Under the pieces are notes generated by a model that did not search any database, was not told the origin of the DNA, and saw nothing but the letters and a program-made list of their open reading frames with translations. The translations under genes were made by a program, and so were the position numbers. Below are positions 1 through 10,721 of a stretch of DNA of 39,783 nucleotides, one piece after another. The stretch comes from Chrysochromulina tobinii. Lineage: Eukaryota. Within the stretch, counting starts at the first letter, position 1. Each line of letters begins with the position of its first letter. The stretch covers positions 1 through 39,783 of the forward strand of contig JWZX01003057.1 of assembly GCA_001275005.1 (NCBI GenBank), in the 5' to 3' direction.

Positions 1-114
1 ACGGTCGTCGGCGCGGCAGATGACGGGGATGCTCGCACCCTCCCGCCGTCCGTCGACGACCTCGAGGAGCAGTGGCAGGCCATGCACGAGCAGCTCTGGC
101 TTGCCTCAAGGTGA
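1..114 (+). CDS. 3' end of an unknown gene entering from the left edge
   Basis: Frame 1 is open from base 1 and reads TVVGAADDGDARTLPPSVDDLEEQWQAMHEQLWLASR* with typical GC3-rich codons. No recognisable domain. Confidence 0.4.
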   Translation, partial: TVVGAADDGDARTLPPSVDDLEEQWQAMHEQLWLASR

Positions 115-263
115 GGCGGAGCGTAGGCGGAGCGCGTGCGGAAAAGGGGGGTGAGGCGCATGACGTTGTAGGTGATCTCGTCCTCTTCTTGTGTGGGCAT
201 GGTGTGAGAGACCGGCTGCCTGTCCAACGTGTGTTATTGCATGCGTACAGAGGCACACCGGGG

Positions 264-341
264 GATTGTGGGGACCTCGGGAGGCTCATGACCTTGTACG
301 TTGATTGTGGGGACCTCGGGAGGCTCATGACCTTGTACGTT
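264..341. repeat. Perfect 39-bp tandem duplication
   Basis: GATTGTGGGGACCTCGGGAGGCTCATGACCTTGTACGTT at 264-302 and 303-341. Confidence 0.95.
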
Positions 342-568
342 CGGTTACCCCGCTCGTCCATTGTTACGCTAGTGTCTCTTGTGTGCGCGTGGTAATCGCG
401 AGTAAGGATGAGGAGCACTCATACTGATCACAGACTGCTGACACATACTGTGATCAAACAAGCTTGTCTCACATGCTGGTCGCTGACGAGTCTCACGTAC
501 GGTCGCGTCGCATACAGGCGAGGCTCTCGCAAGGGGCTACATCTGGCTGCTGGTCCATTGTTTCCAAG

Positions 569-895
569 CGCTCAGCAGGGCACAGACTACCTTGTAGTGC
601 TTCACTTGCATCCATTGAAGTAGTATTCAATCCTGAATTGGATGCCCCACCTGCTGTGGATGCTGACGCCTTGAGCGCCGAACGGAGTCGGCTTAGCAGA
701 CGGTTCTCGCCGGTCGTCGTCGCAAGGAGCCGCTCAACAGGACACAGGCTTGGTTTGAGTGCTCCATCTGCCTCCATTTATGTATTACCCAATCCAAAAT
801 TGTATGCCACACCTGCTTTGGATGCTGACGCCTTGTGAGCCGAACGGAGTCGGCTTGGAATCACCTGGGCGCCGGTCGTCGTCGCAAGCCGGCCG
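569..895. repeat. Diverged 162-bp tandem duplication
   Basis: CGCTCAGCAGGGCACAG at 569 vs CGCTCAACAGGACACAG at 731. Shared blocks include GGATGCTGACGCCTTG, GCCGAACGGAGTCGGCTT and CGCCGGTCGTCGTCGCAAG. Confidence 0.85.
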
Positions 896-2020
896 TGCGA
901 CATGCACTTTCGCGGAGCTGGTACCGGTAAACGTACCGGTAAAACGAAAACTGTGAAGCCACACACACACGCTCGCGCTCGCGGCAGGCGCAAACGATAG
1001 CAACTATCTTTTTCCATTCACAGCCGTTTCACACCCTCGCAACGACAGCAAAAGCAATGGAGTCCACCCTATTGAACTGACAACCCTTCCCTCGGGCCCG
1101 CGTGTTCTGCCGCCGCCGCCACAGCCGCCACGCCCGCCACAACCGCCACGCCCGCCACAGGCGCCACCACTGCGGAGGCGCCCATGGGCTCTGCCAAGGG
1201 CCGCTCGAACGCATCGGCGCCGCAGCGTCCGGTCGTGCGGTTGCTTGACGTGTTGATTGAAGCGCTGCTCAACAGCATTGAGATCGACATCTCGAGCTCT
1301 GTGTTGGCGCTCGCGCGCAGCGGCGCGTGGCTGGTCAGCCGGTGGCAGTGCGCTCGCTTGCGCCCGAGCCAGCGGTGTGTACCCATCTTGGAGACGGGCG
1401 TTGGCATCGAGGTTAGGAGCGTGCGCTTCGAGCTGCAGCCGCATCCAGCGCTGCGGACTGTTGGCGGCAGCGGCGTCAGTGGCAGCGGCGGCAGCGGCAG
1501 CGGTGCACGTGTGGCCCCTGCCACCGACATGGCGTGTCCATCGGCCCGCCAATGACCAGCGGAGGGTGGCAACTGCGGCGCGATCAAGGCAGAAGCTCTC
1601 GTCGCTCCCGACGCCACAATGTCCACCGTGCGTCATGATCCGTGGCGGCACTGGGAACCCTGCAGTGCGACCGTGCGACGCTCCTGAGCACGGCGGCCAT
1701 GCCCGCGGACTTGCTCGTGCGGCCCGACGAGAGCGTGCCGCCGAATCGCGCATCCCGGAGCACAGGCACATCCGCGCGGCACTGCCCGAGCGGCCTGAGC
1801 ACTTAGATGGATACGGTGGGCATCGCTTTGTGTGGGCGCTGGACGCGGAGGCGGCGGCGGCGCGCCGGCTGGCGGGCAGCGAGGTGGATGGCAGCAGCGG
1901 CACGGATGCTGGCACGCTGACCATCTTCCCGATGGCGGAGCCCCAAGGAGCGCTCGACGTGCAGCTGCTCGAACAGTGGCTGCGGGAGATCCTAGCCGCT
2001 TGTGGGGAGCCCGCATGCGT

Positions 2021-2145
2021 GGCCCGCGACGACGCAGGTGCATGCGCCGCCCGCGACGAGCAGGAGCGGCCCGCGACGACGCAGGTGCATGCGCCGCCCG
2101 CGACGAGCAGGAGCGGCCCGCGACGACGCAGGTGCATGCGCCGCC
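2021..2145 (+). repeat. 47-bp tandem repeat (about 2.7 copies) within a probable intron 2038-2194
   Basis: GGCCCGCGACGACGCAGGTGCATGCGCCGCCCGCGACGAGCAGGAGC starts at 2021, 2068 and 2115. It is followed by CTGATGGCGTCCCTCATCAG|GTGCATGCGCCGCC. Confidence 0.85.
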
Positions 2146-2306
2146 AGGCGGCAGGTGATCGCCACTGATTGCCCCTGATGGCGTCCCTCATCAGGTGCAT
2201 GCGCCGCCGCCACTCGGCTCTCGGGTCCAGGTTTGGTGGGATGGCGATAAGAAGCGGTCTGCTTGGGACTGTGCTCTCGCGTGTGGGCACGGCCGCATTG
2301 GCCTGA

Positions 2307-2549
2307 AGTGACGCGGCGCTGTGCGCGGAACAGATGCACTCGCGCGGCATCGACAACGCGCTTGCCGAGCGCTTCGACCTCGGCTTCACAGCCCGGTGGC
2401 AAGGTCCTCGCTAAGTACCTCGCTAGCCAGCCAAACGTGTCGCGTACGCGTGCACGCAGGCCGGGCCGATCATCGACACCGGCAGCTACGACCGGTTCCG
2501 CGCGCGGCTGATGATTCCGATCCACGACGCGCACGGGCGTGTGATCGCG
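2307..2549 (+). pseudogene. dnaG: Fragment of bacterial-type DNA primase (DnaG catalytic core N-terminal region), frameshifted
   Basis: Reads EQMHSRGIDNALAERFDLGF / PGGKVLAKYLASQPNVS / AGPIIDTGSYDRFRARLMIPIHDAHGRVIA. This matches DnaG motifs YLxxRGI..F.LG.AP and YDRFRxRIMFPIxDxxGRVIxFGGR. Two compensating frameshifts; similarity stops before FGGR. Confidence 0.8.
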
Positions 2550-3099
2550 CTGCCCTCGCTCTCGGCTCCGTCACGGGTGGCGGCGGCGGTGCCCCTCAAC
2601 GATATAGTCGCCGCGAGTGGCCTGAGCGCCAAAATGGCCGCGGCAACTCCCACGACAACGCCCAGCGCGTAAGGGTAGGGCCGACGACAGTAGGTGTCGA
2701 CGGTGCCAGCTTACAAGCTCACCATATTGCGCGTGCCTCCGTCCAAGCTTCGGCCTTTCGACGCTCGATCTGAGCGGCTCGTGAAGCGCGGCCGAGGCGG
2801 CGCGTCTCATCGGCGGCCGTCCACGGCTGGGCGTCTGCCTAGGCTGGGTGATCTCTGCCTGGGTGAGGCTCAAGGGCGAGCCGTAATCAAGGAAACGGTG
2901 TTGACCGTGGGCGAGCTGAAGCGAATTCTTCTCGATGAGCGGCTTGGCGGCGGGCGTGCTCATGTCACCGTCGTCTCTGCCTGCGACGCTCGATTTGAGT
3001 GGATCGTCATGCGCGCCGGCGGCGCTTGCGAGGAAATTGGAGGGCCTGAGAAAGAACGCGGCGCTGATGGTCGAGCTGTTGGCGCTGCTGGTCGAGCTG

Positions 3100-3484
3100 G
3101 GGCGAGCGCGGAGGCGAGCGCGGCGGCGAGGGCGGCGAGGGCGGCGTCGAGGGCGGCGGCGAGGGCGGCGGTGACGGCGGCGGCGGTCATGGTGGGGTTG
3201 ATCGGGTTGGCGGCGGCGGAAAGGGCGGGGGGGACGACGTCGGCGGAGATGGTGGAGGCTACGGCGGCGGCGATGGCGGCGGGGATGGCCTCGGCGATGT
3301 GGCGGCGAGGTTGGCAGTGGCGGCGAGGTGGCGGCGAGGGTGGCGGTGACGCGACGGCGTCGGCGAAGGTGTCGAAGAGGATGGCGGTGGCGAAGGTGGC
3401 GGTGCCGGCGTCGGGGACGACGGCTGCGGTGTTGTAGGTGGCGATGGCGGGGGCGAGGTCGGTGGCGAGGGCGGTGCTCATGGA

Positions 3485-3515
<31 letters not shown>

Positions 3516-4140
3516 AGGGCGGCGGTGATGGCGGCGACGGTCATGGTGGTGTTGATCGGGATGGCGGCGGCGGAAAGGGCGGGGGCGGCGACGTCGGCGG
3601 AGATGGTGGAGGCGACGGCGGCGGCGATGGCGGCGGCGATGGCCTCGTCGATGTGGCGGCGAGGGTGGCGGTGGCGGCGAGGGTGGCGGTGACGGTGACG
3701 AAGAGGGTGGCGGTGGCGAAGGTGGCGGGGCCTGCGTCGGTGACGACGGCGGCGGTGATGTAGGTGGCGGTGGCGAGGTCGGTGCTGATGGAGGCGGCGG
3801 CGAGGGTGTCGATTGAGGCATCGCAGATGGTGGGGGCGGCGAGGGAGCAGGCGACCGTGGAGTCGTGGTTGGGGGAGGCGATTGGCGATCACGGAGGCGA
3901 TTGAGGTGGCGATGTAGGCGGCGGACAGGGTGGCGGTGGCGTGGGCGGAGGCGACGGCAGGGGCGATGGCTGCGGCGGAGATGGTGGGGTCGTAGTCGGC
4001 GGAGGAGACGGCGGCGGCGTCGATGGTTGGGGCGGCGACGGTGGAGGCGGTGGCGACGGCGGCGGCGGAGTTGGTGGTGGCGGAGACGGTGGCGGCGGCG
4101 GCGACGGCGGCGGCGGAGTTGGTGGTGGCGGAGATGGAGG
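3100..4140 (-). repeat. Low-complexity (GGC/GGT/GAG)-rich tract; degenerate Ser/Pro-rich (SPPPP) extensin-like coding repeat with an internal ~200-bp duplication
   Basis: The minus strand gives SPPPPTPPPPSPPP runs that jump between frames. Segment ~3120-3320 is repeated at ~3490-3680. Confidence 0.7.
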
Positions 4141-4276
4141 GACCGGTCCCTATATGTTCGGGCCCTCTGGTAATCAGACCAAATGATGGTTTCTCAACAT
4201 GTTGATTGTTGTGCATGCAATTCCAAATCCTGGACTTTTGGGCGGCTTGCCTTCTTTCGTCTGTTGAAGTGCTTTC

Positions 4277-6731
4277 ATGTCCGCGCGGCGAGGGGTGCGT
4301 GACGTCGCCGCAACGAGCCGGTGGGTGAGCGTCCTGTACGTGCCCACGGCCACAGTTTTCGCTTCAATGGCAAGGGTGCGTGACTGTGTGATGCAGCCCA
4401 CGCGCATGCGCCGCCTGCTCACATGATTCCACTGTCGCAGGTCGTGGGCCATGTCATGAGACCCGAGCTCAACTTGCGAGAGGCGTGTGTTATGACGATG
4501 CGCCGACCGGCACAGCATGGCCATCCGATAGTGTTCTTCATTCGCCTGGCGGGTGACCAGAACGAGCGTCTCGAACTCGAAGCCAAGAATCTCGAGGTCC
4601 GGCTGGAGTGGGAAGCAGGCAGTTTGGCGGGATCCTTTCATCATCCAGTCCAGCACTACGTGGACTTTGCTCCGTATGATGAGCCCGACCTCACCCTCCA
4701 TGTCGTCGCGCGCACGCACGGTCCGCCGAGCGTGAACATTCTGGACAATCAGGTCGTGCAATTTGTGGGGTACAATGCTGACACGGGGATGGTCCATGTG
4801 CGCCATGGCCGCTTCGGGGTTAACGCTGTGGCTGTGGGGGTGGCGCTCCTGCAGGCCTCGGCGCGCAACAAGCGGCACCGCGGCTCGTCGCTGGTGAACC
4901 AATCCCCGATGGGTGGTCCGGCCGCGCTCACGCGTGACTATCATCGCACTCGCGACGAAGTACACGCACCACCGAACGCGCTGGAAGGGTTTCAGGGCCG
5001 CAATGCTCGGCAGCGTCACTTCCTGACTATGGACGACCTTCAGGTTGTGATCGTAGGTGGCTCTGGCACAGGCAAGACGATGTGCGCCCTGGCAAAGGCG
5101 TACGGGATTGTCAAGTTAGCCCGTCACGCAGGCAGGGCGCACGCGCGCTGTTTGGTCTCGACGTTCACCCGTCGGAACGCAAAGCGCATCAAGCGCTTGC
5201 TGCGGTCCATGCACGTGTCCGACTTCTTCGACGTACACACACGCTACGAGCAGCTCATGTGGCCCGAAGACTTTCGGCCTCTACGAACGAAGGCCTCGGT
5301 GCAGGAGATTGTGCGGTTCATCAGGCGTGGCCAGTGCGCAGACGTGCGCGACGCAGACAGTCGAAAGTACGCACTTGCGGCCCGAGCCTTTGCAGCGTTT
5401 GAATTCGAGGTCCAGATCTGGGAGGAGGTCAACAATGAGAACTCCACCATTTCGTGGCTGCTGGATCACGTGATGCGCACGTTTGCGGCGGAGCATGAGG
5501 GCCGTGCGGGGACCATCGATGCAAACGCGCCATTCGGCGGCCAGAGGCTCCTCGTGACGGCGGCAGTGACACAGCTCGCCGCCATGCCGGCGGGCATGGA
5601 TGCCATCGGCCGTCCTATGGGCAACCTGCACTTGTTCGATGACCTCTTCTTCGACTGCGAGGCTCTAAATTCTCTCATGCGCGTCCGCTTCAAGGAGAAC
5701 GAGCGTCAGCAGAACCCTAGGCATCATCTCATTGTCCGTGATATCGAGCACGGGTTCCTGAGCGCCGAGGTGCGCGCTTTCATCACGGCGGCGATCGAGC
5801 GAGGTCACGCGGAGCGCACGGCTGAGACGGCCATGCCGTCGAGGTCAGCCACGTTGCACGGCATCGAGCTTGTGCCGGACGGCACTCCAGGTGTGATGCC
5901 GACGCATCGCGGGGCACAGGAGATGTTCTTGACGCGTGTGCGCAACTACTTGTCCCAGAATGAGAGGCTTCGAGAGAATGTGGATTACCTGCGTGTGCAG
6001 GCCTTCCACCCGGACACGAAGAGCGTCATCTATTCCGAGGCGGAGATGCAAGCCCTATTACGGAATGTGACGTTTGACCTGTATCTCATTCCCGGCCTCT
6101 TGTACTACGCGATGCGCACCACGACAGTGTCGATGGAGTTTGGCGTGGACGCCATGATCGAGCACGTCAAGGCCTATGACCTGTTGCGCTGCGTGAGCGT
6201 CGTCATACATCCGCCCAATCCGTTGTCCTCCACCCCGAGCCACCTGCCGGATTTCGTGGTGACCATGGAGGTCATCTCTGAGCCGACGCATCCGACCGTC
6301 CTTCTGACGGGTGAGTATTTCCAGCTCTACACGGGCATCATACGCGGGACGGACTTGCGCCATCACGGGGGGCCTCGTCAGTCGCAGGTGTACGCCATGC
6401 AGCTGCCCTTCAAGGGCTGCGACGATGACTCGATCAACCAGAACCAAGGCGATCGCATTCCGGCTGGTCGTCCGGTGATTCTCGACGTGCGCGCGTTGTT
6501 TACCACGGGCCAGTTCTATGTGCAAGTGGGCAGGTGCGAGGATATTGATCGCGGGAGAAGATTGAGGCGGATTTGCACCAGCACCCGCGTGCGCTGCTGT
6601 GGCTCGAGTCGAATGGTTACATGGACGATGTCGACCTCGCCCGGTATGGCGCTGCGTTGAGGAGAGCGCGCGTGGCCCTCCTCGACATGCAACGGCGTGA
6701 CGACGCTGCAGCTGCCAGTCTCGGAGATTGA
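4277..6731 (+). CDS. Highly divergent Pif1-family (SF1B) helicase, probably with a frameshift near 6550; predicted intron 4376-4440
   Basis: Motifs in correct order: I GGSGTGKT, Ia STFTRRNA, II IWEEV, PFGG..TQL (III), ENERQ (IV), QLPF..SINQNQG (V), FTTGQFYVQVGR (VI). A GTGCGT..CTGTCGCAG intron joins an upstream 33-codon exon. After motif VI a second frame reads EKIEADLHQHPRALLWLE..LGD* ending at 6731. Confidence 0.75.
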
Positions 6732-6805
6732 GGAGATTGAGTCATAGCGAATTTTTTAGATTAATAATAACGGAGGCCCTTCGTATACCTTCGCCCCCTT
6801 AATCT

Positions 6806-7058
6806 GACGGACGGCTTACAAATAGCTTGGCCCTACACCGTCTCGACGGACGGCTCCGCCACCGTCTCGACCTCCCGTAACTATACGTCGGAAAGGGGTG
6901 GGTGTGTGAGTACTAACCCTCGACGGACGGCTCTCCCGTAAAAATAGCTTGGAAGGGGGATAAGGGGGAGTCACCGTCTCGCATTACGGCTCGCTCCGCT
7001 CCCCCCGGTCCGAAAACACATAGCACGGAGACAAGTACTGACGCTCGCTCCCGGGGGG
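6806..7058. repeat. Block of shuffled short direct repeats plus a terminal inverted pair
   Basis: GACGGACGGCT x3 (6806, 6845, 6922), CACCGTCTCG x3 (6836, 6860, 6972), CTCCCGTAA x2, AAATAGCTTGG x2, GCTCGCTCC x2. CCCCCCGG (7001) and CCGGGGGG (7051) are inverted. Confidence 0.8.
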
Positions 7059-7288
7059 CTATTCATTTGCGGCCGCGTTGTCCGTTGAGCGTTCGCAGCG
7101 GCCCGTGCAGTACATTCGTATGTTGTAGATGCGCGTCGTGTCCGAAAACTGTATTAGTGCTGACACGTGTGGATCGAGACGCCCTCCACTGCGTGACTGT
7201 CTGCATGCTGCGTCGTGCGTGTCTGGTTTGTGGCCGTCGTCCCGCGCCCACCGCGCGCAACCTGTCTCTCGAGACGAGAATGATGGCC

Positions 7289-8089
7289 TTAAAGACCGTC
7301 CTGCCCGTCCTGATGTGCGAGCTCCCTGTGACTACGCGCCGTCGTGAGCGAGAGGATCGGGCGTGGTGCCGTCGCGAGCGTGCAGATCAGAGCGGCGCAC
7401 GCGGCGCCCAGTGCGGAGCCGAAGGCCACGTCGGCAGGATGATGCCAGTTATCGTGCACCCGCGATGCTGCCACCCAGCCCGCGACAGCGAGCGGCAGCG
7501 GCGCCAGCAGGCGAAGCGCCACATCCTCCCATCCCGCACCTCTGTCACGCAGCCTGCTGAGTAGCGTGAGCGTGAGCAGGGTTGCGGCGCATGCACTGCT
7601 CGACGCGTGGCCCGATGGGAAGCTGTGCCTACCCTCCAAGAACTGGCGCGTGCACTCGCCGGCCGTAGAGCTCCAGCCGCACCCGTCCAAGTAGTTTGGA
7701 CGGAAGTAGCCACAATAACGCTTGAACCAGGCCGTGAGCATGCCGTTGAGAGTCTGGCCGAGCGCGAAGACTGACGCTGCGTCCAGCGCTGCCGGCAACG
7801 TGCTGCGGTTAAGGGCGATCACGCACACCCAGGCCACGACGATCAACACGATCAGCAGCGCCCCCGGGCATGACGCCTCAGAGTCCGGGATGAATGGGGC
7901 CAGGTGGTTTGGATTGAGCACCGTGATGTTGGGATACACCAGCTGCACTGGCTCGGGACGCATGTTCAAACTGACAAGCAGGTTGACGGAAGCCTCGCCG
8001 AAGAAAAAGGCGACGAGCGAAGACGCAAGCCGCGCGACCGGGGCCGCGAGCCGATGGCGCATTGCTTCACGTTTCGCTTCAAGAAACAT
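7289..8089 (-). CDS. PAP2-family lipid phosphate phosphatase (start uncertain, possible upstream exon)
   Basis: Motifs KRYCGYFRP (Kx6RP), SFPSGH and SRVHDNWHHPAD, plus several hydrophobic helices. Confidence 0.92.
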   Translation of the reverse strand: MFLEAKREAMRHRLAAPVARLASSLVAFFFGEASVNLLVSLNMRPEPVQLVYPNITVLNPNHLAPFIPDSEASCPGALLIVLIVVAWVCVIALNRSTLPAALDAASVFALGQTLNGMLTAWFKRYCGYFRPNYLDGCGWSSTAGECTRQFLEGRHSFPSGHASSSACAATLLTLTLLSRLRDRGAGWEDVALRLLAPLPLAVAGWVAASRVHDNWHHPADVAFGSALGAACAALICTLATAPRPILSLTTARSHRELAHQDGQDGL

Positions 8090-9233
8090 ACCTGAAAAGG
8101 AAAGAGAAGTCCCCGCCCTAACACGCCCCACCACCCGCGGCCCCCAGCGCGCTTCACCAAGGTGGACCTTGCCACGTCACCTGTCCACGTCGCCAGGGTG
8201 GACCTGCTTCGTCCCAACGCTCACTGCGCTCTCTCGCCCAACCCCTCCACCTCTGCGCAACGCCTGCCTGAACCTCAAGTTGTGCTCCGCGTCCTTCTAG
8301 ACCTTGAATGATTTATTCTTTGCGGCTTGGACGCTTGGCGGGATTGGGGGCTTGGCGGCTGGCAACATGCCCTTGCGCCTCTTGATGAGCACATACAGAG
8401 CAGAGAGCACGAGGCAGCCTCCTCGAGGCCGAGCTGGAACCTGAGGCGTCGGGGCACCTCTTCGCTGTAGGCAGCTATAGGCAGCACGGTGGGATGCGAA
8501 GCCTAACCCGTGATGCATCCCACCGATGAGTCGCTGTGCCCCACCCCAGTTTAGCCTGTTTTCGTCCATTAAGTCCATTTAAACCATTTGTCCTCTCTTC
8601 TCATTCGCCTTCTCATCGATCGTGCCGTGGGGAGATGACTTTGCCTACAATGCGATGCCCGTCGCCCTGCCCCCTCCCCACGATGCATGTGGGGACGACT
8701 CCTGTCCGCTCACACTACGGTCGGGTACAGCCGACGGCCCGACGCGCTATACCTCCTACACCACCTACATGTACCTACCTTGGCCCTATACCTAACGTCC
8801 GAAAAGGGACACAGACACACCATTGAAACCACACGTTGGCACGTAATCTGACACTCTCACCACAGCCGGACACAGCCGGCACGCCTGCTTCCCCTACGCC
8901 GCGCCTCAGTTTCGCGCGCGAGTGTCGTGCAGTGAGGAGGTACTCTCGCTTCTCCTGTCGTCACCGTTACAAACAGCTCTTGTTTGCCGCATGCGTTGCG
9001 TGTAGCTCTTGGATGCCGTGCCTACGTGCGGTGCCTTTTGTACTTCCCCAGCCTCCCGTGTAGATGTCCATGCCGTCAGCAATGGCTGCCCTCCAGGGTT
9101 GCGCAGGCCTCCCACAGGGTCGCGAGCGTCGCGCGAAGATTGCGGAGGCCTGCAAAAAGCCGTGGCGCCGCCGCCGCGGCTTCCATCCACACATGCTTAG
9201 GGATATCTAAGGGATATCGACATGCATCGGCCA

Positions 9234-10721
9234 TCATTCTTGCAAGTCCCACCGAATCAGCGTCGATACTGTACATCTGAGGACCCCGTATCGATATGCA
9301 ATGAACATACCCTCGCTGCAGAGATCCTTTGGTCGAGGATCGTTGACGCGACTCGGATGGATGGGGTGGACTGCACGCACGAATGGCTGCAGCGCGCCCG
9401 GCCGTGCGGAGATGCCCACAACAGCGATGGGCCGGCCTTTCAAGTCCCCTCTGGACCCGAGCTTCCACACAGCGGCGAGGCTCTCGGCTGCAGATTTATT
9501 CGCAGCCCGTGCGGGCCGAAACACAGCGATCATGTGGCTCCCGAGAGGTATCTTGGTGTCATTGCCCGTGGCGCTATCTTCGAGCTCATCAACCCGATTC
9601 TCCATCGAGGGGTTGATGTACCTCGACCCGCGCATGCCTAGTGCCACATGGTGCTGTAGGGCAAGCTCGAGTTCTTCGGGGTACTTGCCATGCAGCCTCG
9701 AGGCCACGCACCCTCCTTTCAGTGGCCATGCACCAGCCGGAGAACTGCCTTCCGAAAGACTCGCATTGCATGCAAAGTCCGGTGGGAGGCCACGATGCCA
9801 GCATTTCTGCGTCCAGCAGTGCACCGCGGTCACGTTGCTGCAGCACGAGAGGAAGTTTGTCGAAGCGAACCGGCATACACTTTGGTTGTGCTGCTTGAGC
9901 CGATCGCGGAGCCACGACTCGGACGGCCAGGTGATGATGCGACGGCCAAGATGACGGCCAAGAAGGAGCAGATTCGTGCCGTTGCCCATCACCATCTCGA
10001 GGCGACCAAAGTAGGCCGAGGCGGCATCGCGCTCCATGACAGCGTGGCGATCGTTGAGCCCAACGTAATCGTGATCCTCCCCAACGTAATCCTCGCCAAG
10101 CGGGATCCAAATGCATGCACGGGGTTGCAAGAGCTCGAGCGGCGGGTGCGGCTTCAGCCAGGTGAACTCGAGGCGCGAGAAGATGACTGTCTCGTAGGGG
10201 ACCCCACGATCGCTCTCCATTTGTCTGAGCGCTGCGAGGCAACGCTGCTGGGAGACGAGCTCCAGGAGCACGCTGGTGCGCTGGTTGGCTCTCGGACCAT
10301 CGCCTAGTACAGGCGACAATGCCGAGTTGCGCGCCCCCTTGCATACATATGGCGACACATTGGGTGGCGAGGATGACGGGCTCCATGTCGCGTTGCGGGT
10401 GCACCACGTCGATATCTGCCCGAGCACGGCAGGCCAGATGGCCAGCGCCTCAAGCATCGCAGTCAGCTCCACGACCGTTCGCATACGCTCGGAGGCCACG
10501 AACGAGATTGGCTCCAGCCCACTGAAACGCACGCGAACGCAAGCTCTCCGGTCTTCAACAGTTGCACATTCGTCCATGGCAAAATGAGAGAGCACAAGTG
10601 CCACGTCGGAGCCCAGAGCATCGATCAGCTGGCTGCGCAACGGTCGACCGCGCTCGGCGACATCCGACTTGTACCAGCCCGTGAAGAAGGTCACCACCTT
10701 GTTGCTCTGATGGTGCTGCAT
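9234..10721 (-). CDS. Hypothetical protein, glycosyltransferase-like algal family
   Basis: 495-aa intact ORF. It contains Q.RCL..L....YETVIFSRLEFTWL.PHPPL and CIWIP.GEDY.GLNDRHAV..R..A..YFGR, resembling repeated algal GT-like proteins. Function is inference. Confidence 0.6.
   Translation of the reverse strand: MQHHQSNKVVTFFTGWYKSDVAERGRPLRSQLIDALGSDVALVLSHFAMDECATVEDRRACVRVRFSGLEPISFVASERMRTVVELTAMLEALAIWPAVLGQISTWCTRNATWSPSSSPPNVSPYVCKGARNSALSPVLGDGPRANQRTSVLLELVSQQRCLAALRQMESDRGVPYETVIFSRLEFTWLKPHPPLELLQPRACIWIPLGEDYVGEDHDYVGLNDRHAVMERDAASAYFGRLEMVMGNGTNLLLLGRHLGRRIITWPSESWLRDRLKQHNQSVCRFASTNFLSCCSNVTAVHCWTQKCWHRGLPPDFACNASLSEGSSPAGAWPLKGGCVASRLHGKYPEELELALQHHVALGMRGSRYINPSMENRVDELEDSATGNDTKIPLGSHMIAVFRPARAANKSAAESLAAVWKLGSRGDLKGRPIAVVGISARPGALQPFVRAVHPIHPSRVNDPRPKDLCSEGMFIAYRYGVLRCTVSTLIRWDLQE

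Noticed and set aside
1004..4216. Long ORFs 1004-2389, 2571-3821 and 2960-4216 as real proteins
   Set aside because: Arg/Ala/Pro-rich translations expected from GC-rich low-complexity DNA that lacks stops; no domain motifs.
4277..7062. Canonical autonomous Helitron
   Set aside because: No recognisable HUH/Y2 Rep motifs, no 5' TC boundary and no hairpin + CTRR 3' end. It is kept only as a Helitron-like hypothesis.
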